From Macrostomum lignano (Eukaryota), in NCBI GenBank assembly GCA_002269645.1, contig NIVC01000619.1:62001-126000 (forward strand): a stretch of 64,000 nt of DNA, given 5' to 3'. Of this stretch, positions 11,536 to 27,960 are shown piece by piece. Position numbers and translations under genes: made by a program. The notes beneath the pieces were generated by a model that had not been told where the DNA came from, made no database searches, and was given only the letters and a program-made list of their open reading frames with translations. How positions within the stretch are numbered: the first letter of the stretch is position 1; every line of letters starts with the position of its first letter.

Positions 11536-14500
11536 TCACCAGGCATTTCTGCCACCTCCAGGCTTCTTGGCGGTAGAGGTAGCCGCTGGTTTCGTCATTT
11601 TCATCTTCTTCTGCCACACTGTACCCACAGCGCCAGGCAAGGTGTTCGAGGATTCCGTGTCCGCGCTAATGCTGCTGCTCTCCACCGGACCCGAAGGCTG
11701 CTTCTGCTGCGACTCCGGCTGCTCCTTGCCCGCCGTTCCCGGGGCCAACTTGCTCACAACCGCCTTTAGTACAGTGTCTCGGCGTTTAATAAATCGCATC
11801 TTCCATTCCAGCCTCTCCACGTAGCCCTGTCGAGCCGAGCGAAGCTCCGAGAACAGGACGAATACGAGCTCGAACAGTTCGCAAACGGTGAGTAGCGACA
11901 TTCCTAGGTAGAGGCCCAGAATGCCGCCAATGTCGGAGAACAGATCAAAGAAACGATAGGATTCGAACTCCTCAACAACAGTGCTGAAGGCCTTGTTAGC
12001 GCCAAGAGTTACTTGGGCGAAGTTGCTAGCAAATTCGCGCTGCACTTTTTCTTCTGTAGTTAAATTGCGCAGGAAGTAGTAGAAGGTGTCTGGCACACTG
12101 AGATTTGCCTTCTCCAGCTGGCTGATATGGTATCCAAGGATTGTGTCCTTACAGTACACAGCCAGGCTATTCAGTGGCCACGAAGCCATGGACACGATTG
12201 GTGTGTAGATTTGTTCGCGACAGTTGGGCAGGCACTGTTGCATGCTGTTGAAAAGTGTACTCTCGCGCAGGATGAAATCGTGCTCGCACTGCGTCCTACG
12301 CAAAAATTCGGTGGCGTTGGTTGCTGGGGTGATGTGGTGGCACCGTGTAGCGTTGATGGACTCCGTGATGTTGTTGTATGGCGGCACAATGCGGCTGCAG
12401 AGGCAACCGCAGTTCTTCAAGATGGTGTCCAGAAGAGCTCGATACTGGCAGTCCTCCTTGTTCTTGCTGAACGCGATGCGATTCTGATCGGCGTCCTCAT
12501 AAAAAACAGATCGGTTCGCGGAAACGCACTGCTTCGCATTGCGGCTCACGTACCTGAAGTTGAGTAAAATGAGCGTTTTTCTTAGGCTAGTCAATTTACT
12601 CTCATGCAAGCTTCGGTCTGCTTTGAAACGGATGGAGCCTATAGCTTCATCCTGCATCCTTCATTTTATCGTTAGAAGCTTCCGATCAATCAGTCTAAGT
12701 TGTCGAGTTCAATCGCAAGAAAAGCTTTTTATTACTATTATAGTACTTTCAATAGTGATTGGAATATTCCTTGAGTCTTCTTGGCGCACTAGATTGAAGG
12801 CTAGATTAAGTTTAATGACATTTGCAGGTTAAAAATTTGTTAAATTGTGCACTATTTTAAGCAGGCCAATTGTCTCCACGCGACTTAAAAGTTCTTTTTG
12901 GACACACCCACCTTAGTCAGACAGCCAGTTGACGCCGGGTTGAACTGGAGATGTGTCAGATTGTGTATCCAATAGCAACAGGATTTGTTAAACTAAATCA
13001 AACAATGATTTTCGATAAGAAACCTGACCCAAAGTTTCTTCATTTTACTCCTTTGGTTGAGGCAAAGTGCAGCTGAATTGCATATGGACACATGACTTGA
13101 TCGACGCTAGTGACTTGCCAACTATATTGCTGATTAATATTACTGGATACTCAATTATTTACAACAATGAAGCCAATTTGCATTCAAAAGTTAAGAGATG
13201 ATGCACGAAAGCAGTCCATGCAGTCCCCATCGATTTTCACTCTCGCCGCTTTCGTTCGGCTAATTCAGAAAATGCAATTAAAACTTTTTAGCAAGCTTAA
13301 GTCTTTCCTTCCCAATTATATTTTAGTATAAGCGCTGCTCATTAATCGTCAATGAGATCCTTTGTCAGCTGACAGGAGTGTCTTGTGCGACTGTCCTCGA
13401 CTGTCATCTAACAATAGTTAGATGCTGCGGTAGAAAGCGTCTTGACGTGACTAATGACAACCATCACTCCAAAGTTATAATTAAATGGCCACTGTAGCTG
13501 TCAGAGCGCCAAATGTTTATTGAGGGACGCCAAAACTGCGCCCGTGGCGCCAAAACGAGTGTTGAAAGCGCCAATTAAAAATTTCATCACCAATCGGCTG
13601 TTATACGTACCTTTGCGCTTTGAAGATCACCATATTGAGCCCTTATACCGAGCCCTCAGTATATAAAGTTAGTTTAGAATCAAGTCATGAATTTGTACTA
13701 TCCTTGTTTCTATTAACTGAGATCAATAGCTTTGGTTTTATGTTCAACGCCAAGACTTGATTGATCGACGAATTAGCTGTCGTCTGGATCATTTTCATCC
13801 GAAATGCGTTATTTTGTTTTCGATTCTCAGAAAAGAAGGCTTTTTAGTAGCTTTTTTAATTAGCTACAGTTTGAAAATTCAAATTGCAGCTGATCGCTTA
13901 CCTGTACTCCACCATTTCAAAATTGACGTAAGAATGCACCCCCGGCGAGAGGTTGATGAAGTCCCTGGGGTAATGGTTTTTAGGGCCGTAGAATAGAATG
14001 GCGCCGCCAGATTTTGACACGTCATAGTCGCCCTCTCGTAGGTGATCCCGGCCGTCAGTCTTTCAAATATCACCATGCTTTTCGGGTTGGTCACTACTGG
14101 GTTGTTGTCCGTGAACAGTACCTGGCATGTGATATAAAATAAGGTTTGGATGGTGTTTTTAGAATCGTTTTTTACTTATAATTCTAAGCAAGTATACATG
14201 CGCGACGAACCAGTTCGAGCAGGAATTTCTCTATGAGCGCAGTCTGCTGGAGAACACTGTCCCTAGGCATAAACCGGAAACAGTTGCCGTACTTGCTGTC
14301 CCAGTAGTTCTGAAAGTCCAGATAAGAGCAATTGAACCCTTTGTACAGGCACCTGACTATGAAGACCTCGCGTCGCTGACCCAGATGCTGCAGCAGCATG
14401 GTGGGGCCGACCATGTCCTTGGCGATTTGCACAATCAGCTGATAATCAGTGCCGAGACCTTTCAAGTAGGCCAGACCAGCCACGAATCGGGACTCCGTGT

Positions 14501-14816
14501 ACAACTGGGCGTACAGGCTGGGATTCTTCGTGACCATTTCGTAGTAGTTGGTTGAGGATATCGGGCTCACCGAGCACACCGTGATGTCAGGCGTCTCGAA
14601 CTGGATCGCTCCCGGACTGATGCTTGTTGATATCGGGGTTGACAAGAAGTTGATGATTAGCTGCGCGATGTGATAGCTGAAGCCGGCCATGGCAGCCGCT
14701 AGGAACAGCATCCACAGCAGCTTCAGGGGCAGCGAGCGCCTGGCGTGGATTCGGCCGAATCCATGAGCGGTGGTTGTTGAGATAAAGTCCGAAATGGTGG
14801 GCACGCTTAGCTCCAT
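11536..14816 (-). CDS. DEG/ENaC (amiloride-sensitive Na+ channel/ASIC/FaNaC-like) subunit, 3 exons, ~614 aa
   Basis: Exons 14816-14211, 14121-13902, 12553-11536 (GT-AG). N-terminal TTAHG motif, TM1, Cys-rich ectodomain (YGNCF, CGC, CLPNC), TM2 DIGGILGLYLGMS with GxS filter. Exon 2 needs +1 nt at ccc 14031-14033 to read ...GDYDVSKSGGAILFYGPKNHYPRDFINLSPGVHSYVNFEMVEYR. Confidence 0.9.
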
Positions 14817-16019
14817 GCTGCACTGGATGAATCTGACAATTCACCCTTCAAGGATCAAACCTTATTAAGGATCAAAAGTTAACTTTTCTTGGAGATTCAG
14901 CCCTGCTATGGTTGCGTGGGTTTAATAAAAAATTAAGCCGATACGAATAGAACTAAAATATTGATTAGGAACACACCCTCTGCCGGGTAGGAGTCTCTGC
15001 ACCAATCAAGGAATTGCGGCGTCCTGAATGCAACCTTCAGAGCCCAATACCGTTAGCTTTCGTCAAGGTCATTCGGCAGCATCCTTTTTCTATAGTGTTT
15101 GATGTCAGTAGTACTTCCAGTACATGAACGTAATTTCATGTGTCAAACATAGACTAAACGGATATCAAGGAAGACTACCATGTCACGGACAGCTAAATTG
15201 GGATGCTACACCAAACTCTCATTATCTCCCTTTCCAGACTTCCGAATTCCCAATGAAGTTAAGCCTCGTTCGAGATGCACTCACAAGTTTAATCAAGTTT
15301 CAGTTTTCCTATCTCTTTAGTGTATTTTTATAGTCTATGGCAAACCCCCATTCAGAGCAGTGCAAAACAGCAAATCTGCGAAATCTGTGATAAAAAGCAC
15401 AACTGTATTTTGAAAGTTGTCGCTCTTCAATGATAACTTTTTCGAACTATCTCTCAACAAACTTGTGAAGTCACCTCGAACGAAACCGCTCACGGATGCT
15501 TGCTTTATTTGGAATTGGGAAGCAAAAACCATGCCTCTAGCAGCGTCCTAAATGTACTTTTAACTGTCCTTGCTGCATACTTAGAAAGTCCGAACAGGGC
15601 GGGCTGCAATAAAGTGCAGTTTGGGTCATAATTAAATGCACCTGTAAGAAGCCCAGCAGGATCACATGAAAAGTTTCAACTGCTGCATGTACATGTATTG
15701 TCCTGGAATTGGGGAAAAGCTATAAGCTGAATCGGCCATCTGTCACGGATCCCATGGAAAACAATTGTTTAAACAAGGCAAATCAGATCTTGTGCAGTTT
15801 GTTAGGCTAATTGCAGGGCATTTGCAATTCAAAGAAGCGAATCCACCGTTCACTCAATTCATTTGTTGATTCAGAAATTCTGAACAGCAAAATCAAACGC
15901 TCTGTAAATATGCAGGAGAAGCATCTAGAAAATTCTGAGTACGTGTGATTCTTACTCTTCGTAGTCTTAGTAGGAACGACCACGTTTTTTCAGTGCACCG
16001 ATTAATTATCCACAGATAG

Positions 16020-16420
16020 GGGCGCCAGTCAACATCTAGGAGACGAGAGGGCGCCAATCTACATGTAGGAGATATGTGGGGCGCCAATCTACATGTACAT
16101 GTAGGAGATGTATGGGGCGCCAATCTACATGTAGGAGATATGTGGGGCGCCAATCTACATGTAGGAGATGGGTGGGGTGCCAATCTACATGTAGGAGATG
16201 TATGGGGCGCCAATCTACATGTAGGAGATATGTGGGGCGCCAATCTACATGTACATGTAGGAGATATGTGGGGCGCCAATCTACATGTACATGTAGGAGA
16301 TATGTGGGGCGCCAATCTACATGTACATGTAGGAGATGTATGGGGCGCCAATCTACATGTTGGAGATATGTGGGGCGCCAATCTACATGTACATGTAGGA
16401 GATATGTGGGGCGCCAATCT
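16020..16420. repeat. 29/35-bp minisatellite (ggggcgccaatctacatgt[acatgt]aggagatatgt)
   Basis: Tandem units with optional acatgt duplication; explains four overlapping repetitive ORFs. Confidence 0.92.
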
Positions 16421-17248
16421 CTACATGTGTCACATTTCTGATCACAGGCCCGTTTTAATTGAGTCGGCGGCTCAAGGCAAATTATCAATCTATTAGTAGT
16501 CAGGCCGGGTATTTTTGTGATACATACTGTACATGCGTACAGTTGATTTGTCTATTGCAATTTAAAGAAAGCTTTTGATTACAACCACTTTATGTAACCA
16601 GAAGTTGCAAAATTCCAAATTTTTGCTGGCCTGGCTGACACGTAAACAATTGTTTGTTTGAAAATTCTGGCTATTGTATAATTGAGTCTCTGCTGAAACC
16701 TAGACCATCGCTGCAAAATTTCAGTCATAAATGTTTTCTCTAATGAATTGAGAAAACCAATATTCAAAATATGATTTTATTCATTATCATAAAACAATTT
16801 TTAGCACATATAGGATTTAATACAGTTCCTTGATACTTCCTTTGATACATGTACTTTGAGCCTCTTTATTTAACAATGAAAATTGTTAAATTAAATGCCC
16901 AAAAAACTCTAAAATAAGCAAATTTATACTTAAATTAACAGCGGAATGGAGGGCTCTGGAAGGCTCTGGAAGCCAGGCTCTGAAGGGTCGACCCAAGTAC
17001 AGAATCAACGTACTACATAAAAATGATACATTTAAGTCCAGAGTCCAGAGTCCAGAGTCTAAAGTCCAGCTAACCCTTTAGCGAGTTTGGACTTTCTCGG
17101 GTAAATAGAGAATTTAATTATTAACTGTCCGTAGGGTCCGAAGCTCAAATTAACTTAGATAAGAATATAGTAGATTGTTGAGAGGTGAAATCGACCTATA
17201 AGTGTCATATTGTGCATATTTTAGGAGGATTCCTTGATCAGCCAAATA

Positions 17249-18492
17249 CACCATTTTACCTCCTATTTTGAACAAAGTCTTGTTCAAAAGAAACAAGCAG
17301 AACTTCAATTCAAACACTTTAAGAAATACAAATTTACTTTAAGAATACTTTAAGAAATTCAATTCAAACAAAGTCCCTTTCTATTGAAACAGAAGAACTT
17401 CAATTCAGACTGTCTGTGGCCAAAATTGTCCTTGAGTGACGCGCATGCACAGATTTGAAATTCAAAAGAAACAAAGTCGCATTCTATTTCGACAGAGGGA
17501 TAAAACACAACAGCTGATCGACGAACATAAGAGTAAAATGAAAAACAGGAACAAGACAGTGTCAGTTGGCCAACTTGAGACACCTGACCATCAATTGCCT
17601 GTCCACCAACGCAGTGAGGTACGTAAGTAAACACATGGTTGAACCACTCAGTGCACTTGTCCACAGAGATGCAGCCAATGGTTCTGTCCACCATGTTGTA
17701 CAGAATGTCTCGCCGATAGGCCGCCATTGACTGATTCCCGTGCTGCTCAGCTATCGGAGCGATGAAATTTTGCTGGTCTGCTGCCAGTTTTCTCATCAGA
17801 TCGAGTGTCCTTCCAACAGGAGATTGAGTTCTCCACAGGAATCAAAAATGGACTGTATGGTGGAAGCCACTTGACCTGAATGGTGTCCTAAATCTCGTAG
17901 GCTGCTTTTCTGCTCTCCCTGACCTCACGATCATGTTCGCTGTTGACCTCTTGACTCCAAGTTGGCGCGCCAGTTCCACAAGTCATCCCCAACAATCAGC
18001 AGCCCTGATGATACGGTCTCTGTCACTGTTGCTTAAACAATAGTGCACTGCCAAGGCTGCTGTTCCATGATATCTTCATCGAATTCTGCTTCAAATTCAT
18101 CGATTCCATCTTCCAGCAATTCATCGTCTTCTTCAATCTGATCTTCAGCATTAATATCGTTTCTTGTTGCGCAACGATTGTACAGTTATGCAGTACAGGG
18201 ACAACAAAAAAGTTAGATTAATGTACTTAAATGTACTTGTACCCATGTGCGAAAATCTCTGTCGAAATAGAATGCGACTTTGTTTCTTTTGAATTTCAAG
18301 TTTGCGCATGCGCGTCACTCAAGGACAATTTTTGCCACAGACAGTCTGAATTGAAGTTCTTCTGTTTCAATAGAAAGGGACTTTGTTTGAATTGAATTTC
18401 CGCAAGTGCTGATATTTCTTAAATTGTTTGAATTGAAGTTCTGCTTGTTTCTTTTGAACAAGACTTTGTTCAAAATAGGAGGTAAAATGGTG
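17249..18492 (-). mobile_element. Internally deleted Tc1/IS630-family DNA transposon with ~240-bp TIRs and TA TSD
   Basis: TIRs 17249-17497 and 18257-18492 (CACCATTTTACCTCC...), flanked by TA at 17247-48 and 18493-94. Minus-strand relic: HTH-like DRIIRAA..LARQLGVKRSTANMIVR followed almost directly by KWLPPYSPFLIPVE (DDE C-terminal motif) and DKCTEWFNHVFTYVPHC; stops and frameshifts. Confidence 0.88.
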
Positions 18493-18699
18493 TAAAATAC
18501 AACACAACATATTATAATAAGCTGAAAAAATTAACAGAAATTGTCACAATGGATTCTGAGACGACAATACACCTTTTCACATTCAATTTTGATCAGGGTC
18601 TAGTTCTAGAAAAACTAGCGATAATTCAGACAATTCAGACTGGGGATAATTATGTCTATGGCTAAACATTGCTTCGGTGGCAGTATTTTTTAACTGGGG

Positions 18700-18812
18700 T
18701 TTGTTTCTATTGATTTTCCGCAAGCGTTGCCCCAGTTTGAATTGTCTGAATTGAATTTCTGCTTGTTTTTATAGAACTGGACTTTGATCAAAATTGAATG
18801 TGAAAAGGTGTA
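18700..18812. mobile_element. Solo, diverged TIR fragment related to the adjacent Tc1-like element
   Basis: tgaattgaatttctgcttgttt...ggactttgatcaaaattgaatgtgaaaaggtg-ta parallels the right TIR end ggaggtaaaatggtg-ta. Confidence 0.55.
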
Positions 18813-19116
18813 CCAATTGATCGTAATAGAATTATGAGCGAAATGACTTTCCTATTAAGATCCGTAAGAAATAATTTGGTTTGCTAAAACAAATTTTCTT
18901 AACAAAAAACTTAAAAAAACAGTAAATGTTTATGCTAAAATTTTTAGTTTGTGAAGAAAACTTAGCTCATCAGCCTAAGTCAACTAATTCTAGAGTTGGT
19001 TCTTACAACTTATTGCAGAGCAGCATTTTAAATTCACGGAATTACACGAAAATATCTGTCATCAATGTGAGTTCTGTACCGTTTGTTCGTCAGTCGTGCT
19101 TTTATGCTCTTCAATC

Positions 19117-20115
19117 ATGAGGCGGCAAAAAATAGCCAGAATTGTTGTTGTCATTCTTTTACTTATCTGCGGTCTGCTTGGACTTATAGCTATGCTAACG
19201 GACCAATGGGTCACAGGCACTTTTGAGAACATCGTCTTTAAGCAGGATATCTGGGGCTCTAAGTGGGTCTATGATCGTAAGTAAATTCTGATTTTGCAGA
19301 AATTTTTCTTTTAGTTTCATTATTTTCCATAATATCATTTCATGTCTTTTAAAATCTTTTTCTTTTTTTAGAGCGGATTTTGTGTGCCCGTGTATCCAGT
19401 GTAATGATGATCAGCAGTGCTGGTATCGCTCTTCTGGCCATCCCTGCAGAGGCCTGCCTAATGGAATGCAAAAACAGCACATTTTTGAAGATTGTGTCAA
19501 TCATAAGCACTGTTCTGGCTTGTAAGTTTTTGTTTAATGCTTCCAATTTTACTTGGTCATTCATTTAACAAAACATCAAAAGTATGCAAAATAGTTCCTC
19601 TAAGTCTAGTTATAAAATAAATACTTGATTTAATTTAAGTACTAGCCAGAAGAATAAAATTATTCAGATAAGCATAAACTTATATTTCAAATTTTCTAAA
19701 AATGTTATTAGATAAATGGCCCTAGGGCCTACATCTAAATATTTTGGTGTTTATATACTTATAGGATGTTATATATTAGATATTTTATATTTTTTGTTTT
19801 AAATTTACTGGAAATATTCTGTACCTAAATTTTATGCCAACAGTCATCACCAACATGAGCATGTGGTCCTGCATGCTAGACTACACACGCCACCTTGTGG
19901 AGGACACCCGTGGCACTAGCAATGTGCAGTTTGGCTATAGCCTAGCCTTGGCTATTATAGCGTGTCTGGGCTTCTTAGCTGCCGCTATCATTACAGGGCT
20001 GCTAGTCTGTATGAAGCTGATCAACAACGATGCAGAAGGCAAGCGAGCACTGCAGATGGGCCAGCAGCCTTATCCAGATGTGGCTGAGAGTGAATTTGAA
20101 AGTCCAAAATGGTAA
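19117..20115 (+). CDS. Claudin/PMP22-like four-TM membrane protein, 3 exons, 193 aa
   Basis: Exons 19117-19276, 19372-19521, 19844-20115 join in frame with GTAAGT donors and AG acceptors; four hydrophobic segments, W..(G/D)IW-like loop motif, FGYSLALA before TM4. Confidence 0.72.
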
Positions 20116-20764
20116 GGAAGACATTTTTGATATAGAAGCTGACTAATAATTGTAGAAAAGTGTGACATTAAAGTATACTTTGGCTCTGTTTTAGAAAAAT
20201 CCAGAAAGTTTTAAATTAAATTTATTCTTGTGTACAGTGCTCATATTGTAATTGTCAACAACAAATGGACTGTTTTTAATAAAAAAGCTATTGTTAACAA
20301 GCTGGGCCAACTATTCATCATTACTATTTTGAATTGTTACTTGTAACTATAAATTGAATGCTTTTTATTTGCAGTGTATGCAACAAAAGTGCATGCAATG
20401 CTTAATATTCTGCTTTAAACACATTCCATTTTTAACACTAGGGTTCTCCAATCTTGAAGAAATGGTTGATTTTCTCAAGATTATTTTATGTAATTTAATT
20501 TTCGTTGTATTTACAAATTACCTAATCAATAATAGTTCCAAATTAACATTCCTTTGAAGTTTTGTGACCCCTTTAACATTCATATAATAAATTATAAGTA
20601 GGTGCAAATTTTAATGCATATTAACTAAAAATGCAAACAGAAAATAAAATCGCATCAATGACATTCTAAATTTAGTTTTTCACGCAAAAACTGTTGTAAT
20701 TTGCTATGGGAGAAATATTAATCCTATTTATTTATCCAATACCTGCCGTTGTGATGGGACAGTG

Positions 20765-21040
20765 GTATGTCAGGTAAGGCAGTGGTGTGTCAGGTGAGGC
20801 AGTGGTATGTCAGGTAAGGCAGTGGTGTGTCAGGTGAGGCAGTGGTGTGTCAGGTAAGGCAGTGGTGTGTCAGGTGAGGCAGTGGTGTGTCAGGTAAGGC
20901 AGTGGTGTGTCAGGTAAGGCAGTGGTGTGTCAGGTAAGGCAGTGGTGTGTCCGGTGAGGCAGCAGTGTTTCAGGTAAGGCAGTGGTGTGTCAGGTGAGGC
21001 AGTGGTGTGTCAGGTAAGGCAGTGGTGTGTCAGCTAGGCA
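20765..21040. repeat. 20-bp minisatellite (gcagtggtgtgtcaggt[a/g]ag)
   Basis: ~13 near-identical tandem units. Confidence 0.92.
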
Positions 21041-21105
21041 ATAAACGCTAATAAATGTAAATTCCACCGGCAGAAGTGTACGCATGTAGAGATGTACAAC
21101 AGTAG

Positions 21106-21552
21106 TCAGGCACTTGCCGAAATGCTGCTAGGGATTCTGGCTGACCGGTGCGAAATCCGGCTGGCAGTCTGCGTGGAGCAGGCGGGGCACTTGGCGGTCA
21201 GCGGCATGGGCAGCTGGGTGCGGCTCAGGCAGGTGGACTGGTTGCGCTTCCGGCGCTGCACCAGGCAGTGGCGCAACAGCTGGCGGAACTGCCGCTGCCG
21301 GTCCGACACCCGGTAGTAGCAGCCTGTACAGCTGCGGCTGCGCCAGTCGACCCGGGGCAGCGCCAATGCCGCCGCGCGCGCCGGGTTCCGGCGACATAAA
21401 CCATTGGTGACGTCGGCATCGGCGGCATTTTTGCAGACTTTGACTTCGGTCGGCTCCGCCGTCAGCATGCGAACGAATGGCGCGATGGCAAAACCGCCCC
21501 ACATCAGAGAGAGAACTAGCAGGAAGAATACTGCGGGTTTCAGGGTGTGCAT
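21106..21552 (-). CDS. Uncharacterised single-exon secreted/type II Cys-rich protein, 148 aa
   Basis: ATG start, hydrophobic N-terminus, strongly GC3-biased codons in this frame, 8 Cys incl. CTGC and CPAC, RRKR site. No family recognised. Confidence 0.65.
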   Translation of the reverse strand: MHTLKPAVFFLLVLSLMWGGFAIAPFVRMLTAEPTEVKVCKNAADADVTNGLCRRNPARAAALALPRVDWRSRSCTGCYYRVSDRQRQFRQLLRHCLVQRRKRNQSTCLSRTQLPMPLTAKCPACSTQTASRISHRSARIPSSISASA

Positions 21553-21600
21553 GGTTCGATCTGGGTGTCCTGGGTGATCTCGTCAAATGTAGCCTTTAGG

Positions 21601-22150
21601 GCAGGGCTCGGCTAAAATTTTTACCTCAAGGGCCAGATCATGGGGAATGCAGCTCTTGTGTCTGCGGGCCAGATGAGAGTGGAAAGGAAAGGGAACGAAA
21701 GATGAGAGAAGAGAGGAGAGGGGGAAAGAAGAAGAGAAGAGATAGAGCTGAGCAGAGACAAATTGAGCGGGCCGGATTGCCATTGTGATCAGTTTCAAAG
21801 GACCCGAGGGCCGGATTGCCATTGTGATCAATTTCAAAAGACCCGATGGCCGGATTGCCATTGTGATCAGTTTCAAAGGACCCGAGGGCCGGATTGCCAT
21901 TGTGATCAGTTTCAAAGGACCCGATGGCCGGATTGCCATTGTGATCAGTTTCAAAGGACCCGAGGGCCGGATTGCCATTGTTATCAGTTTCAAAGGACCC
22001 GAGGGCCGGATTGCCATTGTGATCAGTTTCAAAGGACCCGAGGGCCGGATTGCCATTGTGATCAGTTTCAAAGGACCCGAGGGCCGGATTGCCATTGTGA
22101 TCAGTTTCAAAGGACCCGAGGGCCGGATAGAGAGGCTTCAAGGGCCGCGT
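21601..22150 (+). mobile_element. hAT-Charlie-like MITE copy with internal 39-bp tandem expansion
   Basis: Starts CAGGGCTCGGCTAAAATTTTTACCTCAAGGGCCAGAT, GA-rich segment, then ~9 copies of gggccggattgccattgtgatcagtttcaaaggacccga (21770-22130). Confidence 0.65.
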
Positions 22151-22169
22151 ATGGATTGCCACTGTAGGG

Positions 22170-22570
22170 TGATTGGGATGTCTGCAGATATCTGCAGATT
22201 GGGATGTCTTGGCGATTGGTATGTCAGATATTGGGTGATCGGGGTGTCAGATATTGGACGAGTGAAGTGTCAAGTATCAGTTGGGTGTGGTGTCAAATAT
22301 AGGGTGAGTGGTGTCTCAGATATTGGGTAAGTGGGGTGTCAGATGTAAGGTGAGTGGGGTGTCAGATGTAGGGTAAGTGGGGTGTCAGATGTAGGGTGTG
22401 GGGTGTCAGACGTAGGGTGAGTGGGGTGTCAGATGTAGGGTGGGTGGGGTGTCAGATGTAAGGTGAGTGGGGTGTCAGATGTAGGGTAAGTGGGGTGTCA
22501 GATGTAGGGTGTGGGGTGTCAGACGTAGGGTGAGTGGGGTGTCAGATGTAGGGTGGGTGGGGTGTCAGGT
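22170..22570. repeat. G-rich ~19-21 bp minisatellite (gtggggtgtcagatgtagggt[g/a]a)
   Basis: Degenerate on the left, homogeneous from ~22330. Confidence 0.88.
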
Positions 22571-23643
22571 ATTGCATCAATCAAGGCCTCGCTTACCGCA
22601 GACAATCTGAACAGTTTGTAACTCTTCATTGACAGCTTGGGTCGGAGTCATAATGACGCGCAGTCTTGTCAGACTATAGTATCTTGCTAATCGATTTACG
22701 ATGTCATTGCCTTTAAAAATAAACCACTAATCCCACACAGCTGATTTATCTGACATTCTATGGCCGAAGTTGCGAGACTAGCTATACAATACATGCTACT
22801 TGTTGCAAGTTGACTTCATAAGTAATATTATAAGCACCACGTGGAAATAATTCTAATGTCAGGAATAAAGTCTTATTATTTTTCAATACACTCGCATGTA
22901 GAATAAGCAACAGAAACGGCCAAAAATGTTTAATTATATTTGTCTTTGCTATACGAGTAGGTAGTCAGGTGAATCTCTGCAACAATCGTAGTTCGTAAGC
23001 CGAGAAATTAGTGGGCGCTATTAATCGATAAAGCCAATTGCTACATCTATAAGTACACTTACTCCTTGCTATATTTGAGTTCCACCATGCAAAATGAAAC
23101 ATTTTCGGTAACATTATTTCACGATTTTGTTGAGCTTTCAAAAACCGTTTATGGAGTGTCTTGACTTCTAAAAATAGTCTTGTCTGTTAGAAATTAACCT
23201 TAAGAACCTCATTCTGTATTTACCATTTTACGGATATTTTTGCAAGTCTACCTGTGTTCACAGTGCATCTGATCGCATGGACAACTTAAGCATGGGGACG
23301 CTACGCATGGCAACCAGTTCACTATAGTATCACGATCTCTAACACCACTGACATAGTGGTCAACTTAACGATATCTCAGGTTAGAAAGTTGGTAATGTCT
23401 TTGATTGAAGGTCGTGTTACAACTCAAACGGTAATATAGTTCTTGATAAAAATATCTCTGGGTCTCACTGCGAAAGTCTCCCTGTAGCGATGGGAAGAGC
23501 TTAATTAATGAAGCAATATTTATCAAATAATTCGAATCCTTTTCGGTATCTGCACAGTGAAGTACTTCATGGTCTGACTCTCTGATGAAGCTTTGATCAC
23601 ACAAGATAACACATGCTACTAGCAGTAGTGCGAGTTCAGGCTT

Positions 23644-27528
<3,885 letters not shown>

Positions 27529-27584
27529 GGGAGGCTGGCTGCTAAGAGTAACGAGAGTGGTAAAGTTCTGTGGAGTCTTCAGTC

Positions 27585-27960
27585 TAGGTCTAGTGTCCAC
27601 TGCCTAGGTCTAGTGTCCGCTGCCTAGGTCTAGTGTCCGCTGCCTAGGTCTAGTGTCCGCTGCCTAGATCTAGTGTCCGCTGCCTAGGTCTAGTGTCCGC
27701 TGCCTAGATCTAGTGTCCGCTGCCTAGATCTAGTGTCCGCTGCCTAGGTCTAGTGTCCACTGCCTAGATCTAGTGTCCGCTGCCTAGGTCTAGTGTCCGC
27801 TGCCTAGGTCTAGTGTCCGCTGCCTAGGTCTAGTGTCCATTGCCTAGGTCTAGTGTCCACTGCCTAGGTCTATTGTCCACTGCCTAGGTCTACTGTCCAC
27901 TGCCTAGGTCTATTGTCCACTGCCTAGATCTAGTGTCCACTGCCTAGGTCTAGTGTCCAC
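27585..27960. repeat. 20-bp minisatellite (ctaggtctagtgtccgctgc) upstream of SK
   Basis: ~18 tandem units. Confidence 0.95.

Noticed and set aside
17100-17200. agaggtgaaat stretch reminiscent of SSU rRNA
   Set aside because: Only ~11 nt match; flanks do not follow the rRNA consensus.
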